This document shows positions 13,021-22,838 of a stretch of DNA of 64,000 bases, in pieces; the first letter of the stretch is position 1; each line of letters opens with the position of its first letter. A model generated the notes under the pieces. It saw only the letters and a list, made by a program, of their open reading frames with translations, made no database searches and was not told where the DNA came from. Source of the stretch: an uncultured Gemmatimonadaceae bacterium (GTDB lineage: Bacteria > Gemmatimonadota > Gemmatimonadetes > Gemmatimonadales > Gemmatimonadaceae); contig CAWFQK010000004.1 in the NCBI GenBank assembly GCA_963817955.1, positions 640,001-704,000 of the forward strand. The letters are read 5' to 3'. The position numbers and the translations under genes are program-made.

Positions 13021-13998
13021 ATGCCTAGCTACGAAACCGTCTTCACCCGCCAGGTCGGTATCGAAATTCCGATCATCTGCGGGGCGATGTACCCGTGCAC
13101 CAACCCGGAACTCGTGGCTGCCGTGTCCGACGCCGGGGCGATTGGAGTGGTGCAGCCGGTGTCGATGACCTACGTCTATGGCCACGATTTCAGGGAAGGA
13201 CTGCGTCTCATCAAGGAGCGCACCTCCCGCCCTTTTGGCATGAACGCTCTCATTGAGCAGTCGTCCAGGATCTACCGCGAGCGACTCGAACGGTGGGTCG
13301 ACGTCGCGCTCGAGGAGGGCGTCCGGTTCTTCGTGACCTCCCTCGGCAACCCCAAATGGGTGGTCGACAAGACCGCCCAGGTTGGCGGAATCGTCTACCA
13401 TGACGTCACCGAATCCAAGTGGGCTCGAAAGGCAATCGATGGTGGCGTGCATGGCCTGATCGCCGTGAACAACGTTGCGGGCGGCCACGCTGGACGGATG
13501 TCCCCTGAGGCACTCTACAAGGACCTGGCACCCCTCGGGCTGCCGATCATCTGCGCTGGCGGCGTTGGCGACCCGGCGACCTTTCGCCGGATGATGGACC
13601 TGGGATATGCCGGTGTTCAGATGGGCACGAGGTTCATCGCCACCACCGAATGCCAGGCCCACGCCGATTACAAGCAGGCGATCATAGATGCCGACCCCGA
13701 GGACATCGTCCTCACCGAGCGTCTCTCTGGAGTGCCTGTAGCGGTCATCAACAACGCCTACATCCGCCGCCTGGGAACCCGCGCCGGGCCGATCGCCCGG
13801 TACATGCTTCGGCACCGGAAGATGAAGTACTGGATGCGATCCATCTACGCGCTTCGGTCCATGCGACGTCTCAAAAAGAACGCCCTGAGCGCGACCGGAG
13901 CCGACGAATACTGGCAGGCAGGCAAGAGCGTGGCTGGCATCCACTCTGTGCAGTCCGCCCGCCAGGTGGTACAGGAGTTCGCGGCGGCGTTGGGGTGA
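13021..13998 (+). CDS. nitronate monooxygenase / FabK-like FMN oxidoreductase
   Basis: PIICGAM, ELVAAVSDAGAIG, AGGHAG, ICAGGVGD, GVQMGTRF. The start could be upstream (12961 or 12982). Confidence 0.88.
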   Translation: MPSYETVFTRQVGIEIPIICGAMYPCTNPELVAAVSDAGAIGVVQPVSMTYVYGHDFREGLRLIKERTSRPFGMNALIEQSSRIYRERLERWVDVALEEGVRFFVTSLGNPKWVVDKTAQVGGIVYHDVTESKWARKAIDGGVHGLIAVNNVAGGHAGRMSPEALYKDLAPLGLPIICAGGVGDPATFRRMMDLGYAGVQMGTRFIATTECQAHADYKQAIIDADPEDIVLTERLSGVPVAVINNAYIRRLGTRAGPIARYMLRHRKMKYWMRSIYALRSMRRLKKNALSATGADEYWQAGKSVAGIHSVQSARQVVQEFAAALG

Positions 13999-14023
13999 GG
14001 GGGGAATCCCGCGCCCCTCGCCA

Positions 14024-14788
14024 TCACCCCAGCAGCAAGAACGCGTCGTACAACGCGTGGGTCCAAGCGGTGATGCCAAACCCACGCGTCAGATACAACG
14101 CGCTGAACGCCACGCCGCTCAGCATTCGGAACACGAACGACTGGACCTGAAACTGGTCGCCGAACGGCCCGATGTAATGAAATGCCGAGAAGATGAAGGC
14201 ACCTACGATGGTCGCCAGGACCCCTGCCCCGCGGCGGCCGAATCCCAGCACGATGCGCGCTCCGGCCGCGAGCCCGGTTACGAGCAGCACGCGGAAGAAT
14301 AACTCCTCGTACAGTCCCGCCCCCAGAGAGAGCATGAGGCGAGTCGTCCAACTCGTCTGCTCCACCGGGCCGAGGCTGAGCGCGTGAAGCGACCCGAGGA
14401 GCTTGGCCGTGGTGACACCAACGACGATTCCGAACACGCCGGCCAGAATCGCCGATTCCGCAAGCATGGCGGCAAAGACCCACGGCCGCACGCCAGCGCG
14501 GCTGGTGCGCATGTCGCGCACGACCAAGCCAACGGCGAGAAGGATGATCGCCGCCATGAAGATCGCGGACCCATGGTTGCCGGCGACGGCGATGAAGGCG
14601 CTTCGCAGAATGACGTCGGCGCCATTGCGGACCTCGCCGCGCCCAGGCCGGGCGAGGAGTGACGCCAGCGCCTCGTATCCAACGAGCAGCGGGAGCGCGA
14701 ACAGAATGCTATAGCGATGCGATCGGCTCGCGGCAAAATACGAATCGCGGCGGACGGGCACGGCGGAACGAACGGCTGTGGCGGCCAT
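14024..14788 (-). CDS. CPBP (CAAX/Abi-type) intramembrane glutamic endopeptidase
   Basis: Multiple TM segments with GLYEELFFR, FSAFHY and WTHALYD motifs. Confidence 0.9.
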   Translation of the reverse strand: MAATAVRSAVPVRRDSYFAASRSHRYSILFALPLLVGYEALASLLARPGRGEVRNGADVILRSAFIAVAGNHGSAIFMAAIILLAVGLVVRDMRTSRAGVRPWVFAAMLAESAILAGVFGIVVGVTTAKLLGSLHALSLGPVEQTSWTTRLMLSLGAGLYEELFFRVLLVTGLAAGARIVLGFGRRGAGVLATIVGAFIFSAFHYIGPFGDQFQVQSFVFRMLSGVAFSALYLTRGFGITAWTHALYDAFLLLG

Positions 14789-14957
14789 GGTAGTTCTTAC
14801 GCCAGTGTGCGTCGAAAAGTTCTGGCTGAGGCAGACCGAGGGAGCGCCGCGCCTGAAAATGGTTGCGGAACCCGTGCACGAAAGGTAGGGTAAGAATGTG
14901 CGTCGCGAAGGTCGCGACCCGAAGTCATGTCGAACCCGAAACCCAGGAGGTGATCCA

Positions 14958-15002
14958 TTGTCTAACGGAACTCGCAACGGCAGGATCGCCGGAAGTCGCT
15001 AA
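14958..15002 (+). other. candidate 14-aa micro-ORF (MSNGTRNGRIAGSR) within a candidate small transcript at about 14900-15100
   Basis: AGGAGGTGATCCA at 14945-14957 sits directly before TTG; TAA at 15000-15002; hairpins follow downstream. Confidence 0.45.
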
Positions 15003-15062
15003 GCCTGCTCGCCTGAGCTTGGCCAACCGGAAGCCTGCTAGTTCCGGTAAAAAGAAACTGAA

Positions 15063-15095
15063 GAGGGCGGTCGTGGCGATGCCACGGCCGCCCTC
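15063..15095. terminator. probable bidirectional terminator
   Basis: GAGGGCGGTCGTGGC-GAT-GCCACGGCCGCCCTC hairpin, with an A-rich run upstream and TTTT just downstream; lies just after the dut stop. Confidence 0.75.
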
Positions 15096-15117
15096 ACCGT
15101 TTTCCGCCGCCCAGCCG

Positions 15118-15648
15118 TCAGTGTCCTGTACTACCGAACCCGCCGACGCGGGTCGTGGTGACCCCTACCCTACCCGACTCGATTGGCAGCACCTCATAGC
15201 GCGCGAGCACCATCTGCGCGATGCGCTCGCCGTGGACGATCTGGACGGCGTGTCCGGTGGAATTCCCCAGGATGACCATCCACTCGTCGGGATAGTCCGA
15301 ATCGATCGTTCCGGGCGCGTTGGGAATCTGGAGTCCTTTCTTGAAGCTGGTACCGCTGCGCGGCCGGATCTGCGCCTCCACCCCCTCCGGCAGGCGCGCC
15401 TTGAATCCGAGCGGAATCAGCGCGCGAACGCCATGCTCGAGAACGAACCGCGTGGCGTCGCCTTCCAGGACCGGAGCCGCGTCCCAGGTCCGTTGGCCAT
15501 CCGTACATTTCACCGACCGGCCGCTGAGATACGCACACAGATCGTAGCCGGCGGAACCGGGCGTGGCACGTGTGGGCGGCTGGGCATCGTCGTGGAGTAG
15601 CTCCACGATCAGAGCGGGGCTGCCGGCAGTAGGAGCGGATATGGTCAC
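15118..15648 (-). CDS. dut: dUTP diphosphatase
   Basis: SAGYDL, QIRPRSG, PGTIDSDY, GERIAQ, RVGGFGSTG. Confidence 0.96.
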   Translation of the reverse strand: MTISAPTAGSPALIVELLHDDAQPPTRATPGSAGYDLCAYLSGRSVKCTDGQRTWDAAPVLEGDATRFVLEHGVRALIPLGFKARLPEGVEAQIRPRSGTSFKKGLQIPNAPGTIDSDYPDEWMVILGNSTGHAVQIVHGERIAQMVLARYEVLPIESGRVGVTTTRVGGFGSTGH

Positions 15649-15753
15649 AAGGATGAGGCTGGGGTCAAAGGGTCACGCAAGATGCACGTCGAACCGCCAC
15701 TGAGGTAGGCCGGCGCTCTTGCCGGACTTTGATAGAGGGACGTAGCCTTGGTC

Positions 15754-18345
15754 ATGCTTTCCTCCCTTCGCTTTCCGGTCCTCGCGCTCCTCGCCGGCAC
15801 CGCCGCGCTTGCCTCCGCCTCGGCTCCAATCGACCCGCTGTTGGGACCCGGCGTATCGCGTCAGCTCGCCACCAGCCGTGCAGCGTTGCTCAGCGACATC
15901 CGCTATGACCTGCAGCTCGCGCTGCAGGCACGCGATACGGCACACGGCGCGGTCACGATCCATTTTACGGCACGCCGTGCCGCCGACGTGATCGTCGACT
16001 TTCGCGGGCCCTCTCTGACTGACGTCCATGTCAACGGCGCCATCGCGGCGATCATGTTCAACGGCGCGCATCTGCGCATTCCCGCGGGCGCCGTGCACGC
16101 CGGCGCGAATGAACTGACGGCGCGCTTCACGACGCCGATCGCGCCAGCAGGCGCCAGCATCATCAAATTCCATGACGACAAGGACGGCGCCGACTACCTC
16201 TATACGCTACTCGTCCCCTCCGATGCCAACCTGCTGTTCCCGTGTTTCGACCAACCGGATCTCAAGGCGCGGATGACGCTCACGCTCACCATGCCAGTGA
16301 CGTGGCGAGCGTTGGCGAACGGCGTCACGGAACACGTGGACACGACGAATGGCGCTGCCACCTATCGCTTCCGTGAAAGCGATCCGCTGCCGACGTATCT
16401 CTTTGCGTTCGCCGCCGGACCCTGGCACGAATTCACTGGCGGCCCCCGTCACACGTCCCTCTGGGTGCGTGAATCGCGCGCCAAGGAAGTGGAAGTCGAT
16501 TCGCTCCAGGCGCAAGTCGCGTCGGCGCTCACGTCGCTCGAACACTACTTCGGCGTGACGTATCCCTACCAGCAGTTTCAGTACATGCTGTCGCCCGCCT
16601 TTCCCTTTGGCGGTATGGAGCACCCGGGCGTCACGATGTTCAACGAGGAATCATTCATCTTTCGAGAGCCGCCGACGCTCAACCAACGCCTCGGACGGCG
16701 CGCCACGATCTACCACGAAGTGGCACACCAGTGGTTCGGCGACTACGTCACCATGAAGTGGTTCGACGACCTGTGGCTGAAAGAAGGCTTCGCCACCTAT
16801 ATGGCGGCGAAGATGCAGGATATCGAAGGGCTACCGAATCCGTGGATGTCGTTCTACCTGCGGAACAAGCCCGCCGCCTACGACGTCGACCAGACCCTCG
16901 GCACCACGCCGGTGTGGCAGCGGCTCGCGAACCTCGACCAGGCAAAGAGCAATTACGGCGCGATTGTTTACAACAAGGCGCCGGGCATCCTCAAGCAACT
17001 CAACTATCTCGTCGGCGACAGCGCCTTCCGCGAGGGATTGCACGAGTTTCTCGTCACCCATCCGTACGGCAACGCCACCTGGCAGGATCTGCTCGCGTCG
17101 ATCGGCAGAGCATCACATCGCTCGCTCGCCGACTGGGGAACGCAGTACATCCTCCGGCCCGGCATGCCGGTGCTCGAGCAACGGCTCGATGTGGCCGACG
17201 GCAAGATCGCGCGGCTGATGTTGATTCAACATCCCGCGCAGCGGCTGTCGGGGCGCGGCGTGTGGCCGATGCGCACCGAGGTTGTGCTGTGGTCGCGAGC
17301 AGGGTCGTCGTCGATTCCCGTCGAGGTCCGCGCCGAGACCACGTTCGTCGCGGCCGCGGCTGGACGCCCCGCGCCGGACTTCGTGTTCGGGAACGCGAAC
17401 GACAACGCATACGGTCTCGTCATGCTCGATGCGCGTAGCGCGCAATGGCTTCAGGCGCACATTGGCGAGGTCCGCGATCCGTTTCTGCGCGCCATGCTCT
17501 GGGGCGCCTTGTGGGACCTGGTGCGCGACGCGCGCCTCTCACCAACACAGTTCCTTGCCGCCGTCACCCGCGAGTTGCCGGCGGAACACGACGAGCAGAT
17601 CGCCTCCGGAATGGTGGGGCGGCTCTCGCGCACGACGTCAACGTATCTGTCGAACGAGCAATCAGCCGCACTGATCGGATCGATTGAGAATTTGCTGCTC
17701 GCGGGCGCATCGAACGCCGCCTATCCGTATGGTATTCGCAAGAGCCAGCTCGACGCATATATCGGACTGGCCCGCACACCGGCCGCGACAGCCCGGCTCA
17801 CGGGGTGGCTCGACAGCAGCACTGTGGCCGGCATGCCGCTCCGGCAGCCGACGCGGTGGTCCATCGTCACGCATCTCATCGAACGCGGAGCGTCGAATGC
17901 CGACGCGCTGCTCGCCGCCGAACAGCGGCACGATACGACCACGAGCGGACGTCGAAGCGCCTTCGTCGCCGGCGCGGCGCGGCCGGCGGCAGCGGTGAAG
18001 CGCGAGTACTTCGGCCGCTACTTCACAGATTCCACGCTGAACGAGGACTGGGCCACGGCGAGCCTGCGTGCCTTCAACGAGCCGGACCAGAGCGCGTTGA
18101 CGCTGCCCTATCTCGTGCCCGCGCTCGATAGCCTGCCCTGGATTCAGAAGAATCGCCGCATCTTCTTCCTCGGCTCGTGGCTGGGAGGATTCATTGGCGG
18201 GCAGCGGTCGTCCGACGCGCTCAAGCAGATCGACGATTTTCTCGCGCGGCGCCCAACGCTCGCGCCGGACTTGCGGCAAAAGATCCTGCAGACGCGCGAC
18301 GATCTCGAACGGACGGTCCGCATTCGCGCGCGGTACGCGCGCTAA
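15754..18345 (+). CDS. M1-family aminopeptidase (PepN-like) with signal peptide and ERAP1-like C-terminal region
   Basis: FPCFDQPDLKA, GGMEH, HEVAHQW..(18)..E (WLKEGFA), VYNK. Confidence 0.93.
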   Translation: MLSSLRFPVLALLAGTAALASASAPIDPLLGPGVSRQLATSRAALLSDIRYDLQLALQARDTAHGAVTIHFTARRAADVIVDFRGPSLTDVHVNGAIAAIMFNGAHLRIPAGAVHAGANELTARFTTPIAPAGASIIKFHDDKDGADYLYTLLVPSDANLLFPCFDQPDLKARMTLTLTMPVTWRALANGVTEHVDTTNGAATYRFRESDPLPTYLFAFAAGPWHEFTGGPRHTSLWVRESRAKEVEVDSLQAQVASALTSLEHYFGVTYPYQQFQYMLSPAFPFGGMEHPGVTMFNEESFIFREPPTLNQRLGRRATIYHEVAHQWFGDYVTMKWFDDLWLKEGFATYMAAKMQDIEGLPNPWMSFYLRNKPAAYDVDQTLGTTPVWQRLANLDQAKSNYGAIVYNKAPGILKQLNYLVGDSAFREGLHEFLVTHPYGNATWQDLLASIGRASHRSLADWGTQYILRPGMPVLEQRLDVADGKIARLMLIQHPAQRLSGRGVWPMRTEVVLWSRAGSSSIPVEVRAETTFVAAAAGRPAPDFVFGNANDNAYGLVMLDARSAQWLQAHIGEVRDPFLRAMLWGALWDLVRDARLSPTQFLAAVTRELPAEHDEQIASGMVGRLSRTTSTYLSNEQSAALIGSIENLLLAGASNAAYPYGIRKSQLDAYIGLARTPAATARLTGWLDSSTVAGMPLRQPTRWSIVTHLIERGASNADALLAAEQRHDTTTSGRRSAFVAGAARPAAAVKREYFGRYFTDSTLNEDWATASLRAFNEPDQSALTLPYLVPALDSLPWIQKNRRIFFLGSWLGGFIGGQRSSDALKQIDDFLARRPTLAPDLRQKILQTRDDLERTVRIRARYAR

Positions 18346-18643
18346 TACTGCTTTGTTAGTGATACCGCGGACGATTGCCGCGGATGACCGCGGATGACTA
18401 CCGCCCTCGATCGGGCGAACAGACCCACGACCATCGCCCCCCCAATGAAACGCGCGGCCGCGACAGCCGGCCCGAGCGAGGAGCCGTCGCGTAGCCGCGC
18501 GACTGACGACTGACAACCGTTTTACTGATGACTGAAGACAGTTACCCGCTGTCCCGATCGCTTGATCTCGCGTAGCGCGCAGGGCCACGTCTCAACGGTT
18601 CGCGCCGGTACCGCCGCCAGCGCTGAACTCGGACAGAGCAGTA
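18346..18643. mobile_element. MITE, copy A (298 bp)
   Basis: Ends TACTGCTTTGT...ACAGAGCAGTA are inverted and flanked on both sides by CTAA. The interior is homologous to 49671-50072. Confidence 0.8.
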
Positions 18644-18699
18644 CTAAGCGATCGGCGCAATCGACTGGCCATGGCTGATGGCCGATGGCCTCCTGGTGA

Positions 18700-19030
18700 T
18701 TCTTTCACTGCCTCCGCTGCTGCGGCGAGCGGCATGATCAAATTGGTCGGCAGGCCGCCGTCAATCAGCACAGCCTCGTGCCGCCGGGCGCTTCGGCCAT
18801 CGCGACCGCCGAAGCGAGCAACGGCTCCGTCGCGACACTGGCCTGCGGCCTCGTCAGCGAGCTCAAGTCCGGGACTGCCTTGAGCCGAATCTTCGCAGCG
18901 GCTGCGATGCCTTCCGTAGCATCGTCGAGCCGTTCAGGGCGGCGAACGAGACGGGGCGTGCCGCGACAAAATCTGCGCTGCGGCAGAGCGTCGCCAAGGT
19001 ACTGCCTTCACGGTATTTCGTATGGCCTTC
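18700..19030 (-). pseudogene. frameshifted remnant of an alpha-helical hypothetical protein
   Basis: IAAAAKIRLKAVPDLSSLTRPQASVATEPLLASAVAMAEA continues in another frame as HEAVLIDGGL. Protein-like, but broken by a frameshift near 18785 and by stops. Confidence 0.45.
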
Positions 19031-19127
19031 AGGTGGCCATGAGGACGCTGAAAAAGAACTGCACCACGGCGAGCGCCGGACGCGCCGGAGTAGGAAGCGA
19101 GCAACCGGCGTGAGACGTGTCGCGATT

Positions 19128-20390
19128 GCCGTCGGACGCGACGGAATGGTCGTCGGACGCGACGGAAACGTCGTCGGGAATGACGGAATGGTCGTCGGGA
19201 ATGACGGAATGGTCGTCGGGAATGACGGAATGGTCGTCGGAACCGACAGAGTCGTCTTCGGAAGAGGCGGTGCCTCGTTCCGACCGGTCGGTGTCTGCGT
19301 GAGAAGCGATGGTCTTGCCGGTCACGCGGGGAGTCCGTCCTCGACACGATGGCCTGCGCGCTTCACGATCGGGCGTGGGGCCTGCACAAGAGACGATTCC
19401 ATCGGCTGGGTCAGCTATCCCTGCTGTTACGTCAGCCATCCCTGCTGAACGCGAGCGACTGGGTCCTGAACGCCGAGCCATTGCCTGTGGACGCGGACCC
19501 ATTCCAGGTTGACCAGGATCTATTCCACGTCGACACGGGTCTATTCCACGTCAATGCGGGTGAGTCCCTCGTGGCATCGCGCGAGAGAGGTCTCAACGGC
19601 CGAGAGTCTGACGTTGACGGCGACGACTCCTCACGTGACGCCCGTCGATCCCTCCGGCACGGCGCGCAGTTGGTGGTGAGCACGCGGGCATCCGAGCTGA
19701 ACGAGCCGGAAAGCCTCCTGGACGGCCGCGAGTCCGATGTTGACTGCGAGGAGTTCGTGCTTGCACGCGAGCCGTTCGTGCTTGACCGCGCGCCGTGCCA
19801 TCTCACCACCGGCGAGTCACCCCTCGACGCGCGTGGGTTCCCCCTCAACCGGAAAGACTCCGACCTGACCGAGACGCACTCTCAGGTGGACGTCACGGCA
19901 TCCCAGCGAACGAAGCGAGGATTGTGGGTGGACGCGCGGGAGAGGGGCGTGGACGCGCGGGAGAGGCGTGTTGACGAGAGACGGTCCGGTGTGGCGCGAG
20001 CGGCATTCGGGCTCGACGCCGGGGTGTTCCCTCTTGACCGGAGCGACTCCCCCCTGAACAGCGGCTGGTGCGAGCTGGATGCGCGGGAGTCCCTGCTCGA
20101 TCGGCGCTCATTCCGTCTCGACCGCGAGGACTTCCACCTGCACACGCGTCAATTCGGTCTCGACCGCGAGGGATTCCACCTGCACACGCGTCAATTCGGT
20201 CTCGACCGCGAGGGATTCCCTGTGAGCAGGCGTCGATTCCCTCTGAACACGCGTGCATCCCCTCTTCACGCCGACCGATTCCTTCTCGGCACGGTCGCAT
20301 CCCCTGTGGGTAGCGATCGATTGCCTCTCGACATGGTCGCATCCCCTCGGGCCGCCGATCGATTGCTTGGCGCCGCCCGCTCGTCCCGCG
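19128..20390. repeat. 21-nt-period tandem array (heptad-coding low-complexity region)
   Basis: Three identical GTCGTCGGGAATGACGGAATG units at 19170-19232 with variant neighbours. ORF 19349-20449 reads as about 44 heptads (DQDLFHV DTGLFHV ... DREGFHL HTRQFGL). Confidence 0.85.
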
Positions 20391-20627
20391 ATGAGCGTAG
20401 TCCTATTATTAGTTCCGAAAACGAGGGGTCAGCGCAAGGGCCAATGTGACCGATTGACCAAGATCGACATGTTGTGAGCGTGTCAGCGTTAGGACTTAGT
20501 GGAGAAGTACGTCAGGCCCGCGTCCCCGAACCCGCGAGAATGTCATTGGAGCGCTTACGCAAGAACTGCGAAGGTCACCAGCATCAGGGCGTCTGGCTCG
20601 CACGCCGGTAAAGCGGCGACCGGTGCA

Positions 20628-20772
20628 GCGCGGATTGGGCTCCGGATGCTGACTGGCTGGATGTCGCTGGCTGCTCCGTAGTGGTCGGCCCGCCGGTACA
20701 GCGCGCGGATTGGGCTCCGGATGCTGACTGGCTGGATGTCGCTGGCTGCTCCGTAGTGGTCGGCCCGCCGGT
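20628..20772. repeat. 70-bp direct tandem repeat, period 75
   Basis: GCGCGGATTGGGCTCCGGATGCTGACTGGCTGGATGTCGCTGGCTGCTCCGTAGTGGTCGGCCCGCCGGT at 20628 and 20703; diverged partial copy at about 50475-50525. Confidence 0.9.
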
Positions 20773-20834
20773 CGGCGATAGTGGCCTGCGAGCCAGACAC
20801 CCTGGTGCGCATGCCCCGTATACTCACCACTCAC

Positions 20835-20945
20835 CACTGATAACTGATCACAGTCACCCGTCGTCCCGATCGCTTGCGCCAGCCCCCGCTCGATCATCCA
20901 CCGACTGCGCGGCAGTCGTCCGCGGGTATCGCCGACAAAGCAGTA
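20835..20945. mobile_element. MITE partial copy C (one end only, reversed)
   Basis: Reverse complement of the left ~120 bp of 49671-50072; ends GACAAAGCAGTA followed by CTAG. Confidence 0.75.
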
Positions 20946-21792
20946 CTAGCGATCCATTGACGTGACGGTGTCCGCGTCGGCGTCCTTCCGCGAGAGCCAC
21001 ATGGGCTGCACGACGCAGCGGTCGAAACTCGCGCCGCCGCAGGTGGAGCGCGCCGACCGCTGCACCGCTCGACGCACGATGTCGGGGTAGCTACGACAGG
21101 TCTTGGTTTCGCGGCCGTGCACGCAGCCGTTGTAATGCAGCAGCGCGTTCCGCCAGGCGCCGTCGCGGCTTTCTACGTCGAGAGCGTTTCCCGCCACCCA
21201 GCCGAGAATGAAGATGCCGTACTTGAGATTGGTGGAGTCGGTGTGGATGTTCGTTCCGAACTTGTGCCCCAAGGCACTGCTCCACGGCTGCGGAGACACC
21301 TGCATCAGACCAATGGCCCCGACGCTCGAGCGCGCTGATGACCGGAGTTCATCATTCTCGGTGAGCATCACGCCGAGGACGAGCGCCGGAGGTACTCGGC
21401 GCGTATACGCCTCTCGAACCGCGACGTCGGCGAGCGTCCGCGCGCGCAACTTGTCGACGTGCCCGGTGCGCAACAGATCCATGGCAAAGAGTTCCCGATC
21501 GCGCAGGAACTGAGGTGTCCTGAGTGCGAGCTCGGTGGACCCTTGCAGCCAAGGAGCGTGGAGTCGTGCAGAATCCACGTACACGTGCTGAATGATCTGC
21601 TCGCCGAGCGGCGCGCGGCTCACGTAGTACGGCCGAGATAGGGTTGTCGATACGACAATCGCCGCCACACAACCGATGGCGAGCGCGACCTGCGACCAAG
21701 TGGAGTTTTTCTGAGGAATGATCTGCCTCCTGGTGGCGACGGACGAGACGTGCAGTAAAAGCGACCCCGAGCGTAGGGCGCCCACGTCCATA
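20946..21792 (-). CDS. lytic transglycosylase (SLT domain) with N-terminal membrane anchor
   Basis: LVLGVMLTEN (catalytic Glu), SSVGAIGLMQV, NLKYG, ALLHYNG. Start uncertain. Confidence 0.85.
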
Positions 21793-22016
21793 GTCGTACC
21801 GGGCACAGCGGGAAACTGTTCCAATCCGCGCGCCCAATCTCATCCAAATGTTTAGCGGACAAGACCTTGTGTAATCAGGCTACACCCCACTGACGATCCA
21901 CGCAACCTCAGCCGTACATATCACATCCGACGGCGCGGCATCTTTCTTGTCCGCGTCCGTCGCTGGGCGCACGAAGCCGCGCGATTCCGAACGCGATTCT
22001 CACTCACTGACACCAC

Positions 22017-22829
22017 ATGGGAAGTTCTATCCCCTCGAGCCCTATCACCAGACCGCAGGAGCGTTCGCCGAGACCACGCCCGCCGCGCACCAATCGCAAA
22101 CGGCGCATGCGCCCCGCCAGCCGCTATGTCCTGCTCGGTGCGGTGCTCATCATGGTGGCGATCTTCGCGCGGATGATCGTGCACATCGCACGCACCGATC
22201 CGCGTGACGCACGCGCCATCGCCGAGCGCGAGTTACAGCTCAACACGTTGCAGCCTGGCGAACGTGTCTACCGCATGGTATCCGTGTTCAAGCGTCCGGC
22301 GATCGATTATTTCCGCGCCACGCGCGGCGTGCTCGTTCTCACCAACAAGAGGTTGCTCTACCTCGGTCTCGCGCCGCGCAATCTCCTCGCTGCGCCGGAT
22401 CTTCCGCCGACGTTCGAGGAACGCGACTTCCCCATCGACACCCTGGTGCACGTCTCGGCCGGACGAACTTTTTTCGGCATTGCGAAGGCAATCGTCATCG
22501 CGACTCCGAACGAAAGACTCAAGCTCGGCGTGCCATCAGGCGCGTGGCCGCAAGCAGAGATCATGATTGTGGCGATGGACGTGCGTCGCGACAAAGCGGT
22601 GGCGCTGAGCGCACTGCAGCGGCAATTCCTGGAGCGCGCCGAGGCACAGCGCCGTGCGGTGGAGGCCGCTCGCCGTCAGCCGAAGTTCTACACCGTCAGG
22701 CGCGGGGACGCACTCGGCAGCATTGCGACAATATGGAACACGACGCCGGACAAGCTGCGGGCATGGAATCGCCTGCCAACGAACACCATCAAGGTGGGAC
22801 AGACGCTGATGGTGAGGCCGGCGATGTGA
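22017..22829 (+). CDS. membrane-anchored protein with PH-like middle region and C-terminal LysM domain
   Basis: TM YVLLGAVLIMVAIFA; GVLVLTNKRLLYLG; LysM YTVRRGDALGSIA..WN..IKVGQTL. Confidence 0.85.
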   Translation: MGSSIPSSPITRPQERSPRPRPPRTNRKRRMRPASRYVLLGAVLIMVAIFARMIVHIARTDPRDARAIAERELQLNTLQPGERVYRMVSVFKRPAIDYFRATRGVLVLTNKRLLYLGLAPRNLLAAPDLPPTFEERDFPIDTLVHVSAGRTFFGIAKAIVIATPNERLKLGVPSGAWPQAEIMIVAMDVRRDKAVALSALQRQFLERAEAQRRAVEAARRQPKFYTVRRGDALGSIATIWNTTPDKLRAWNRLPTNTIKVGQTLMVRPAM

Positions 22830-22838
22830 GCGCTGGAC

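Noticed and set aside
14024..14788. Abortive-infection defence gene
   Set aside because: The 'Abi' label of CPBP proteases is historical; there is no defence context here.
14945..14957. 16S rRNA gene fragment on the minus strand
   Set aside because: Only the 13-nt anti-SD match; the flanks do not resemble 16S helix 45.
19128..20772. Possible CRISPR array in the 21-nt or 75-nt repeats
   Set aside because: Units are contiguous with no unique spacers, and no cas genes are in the window.
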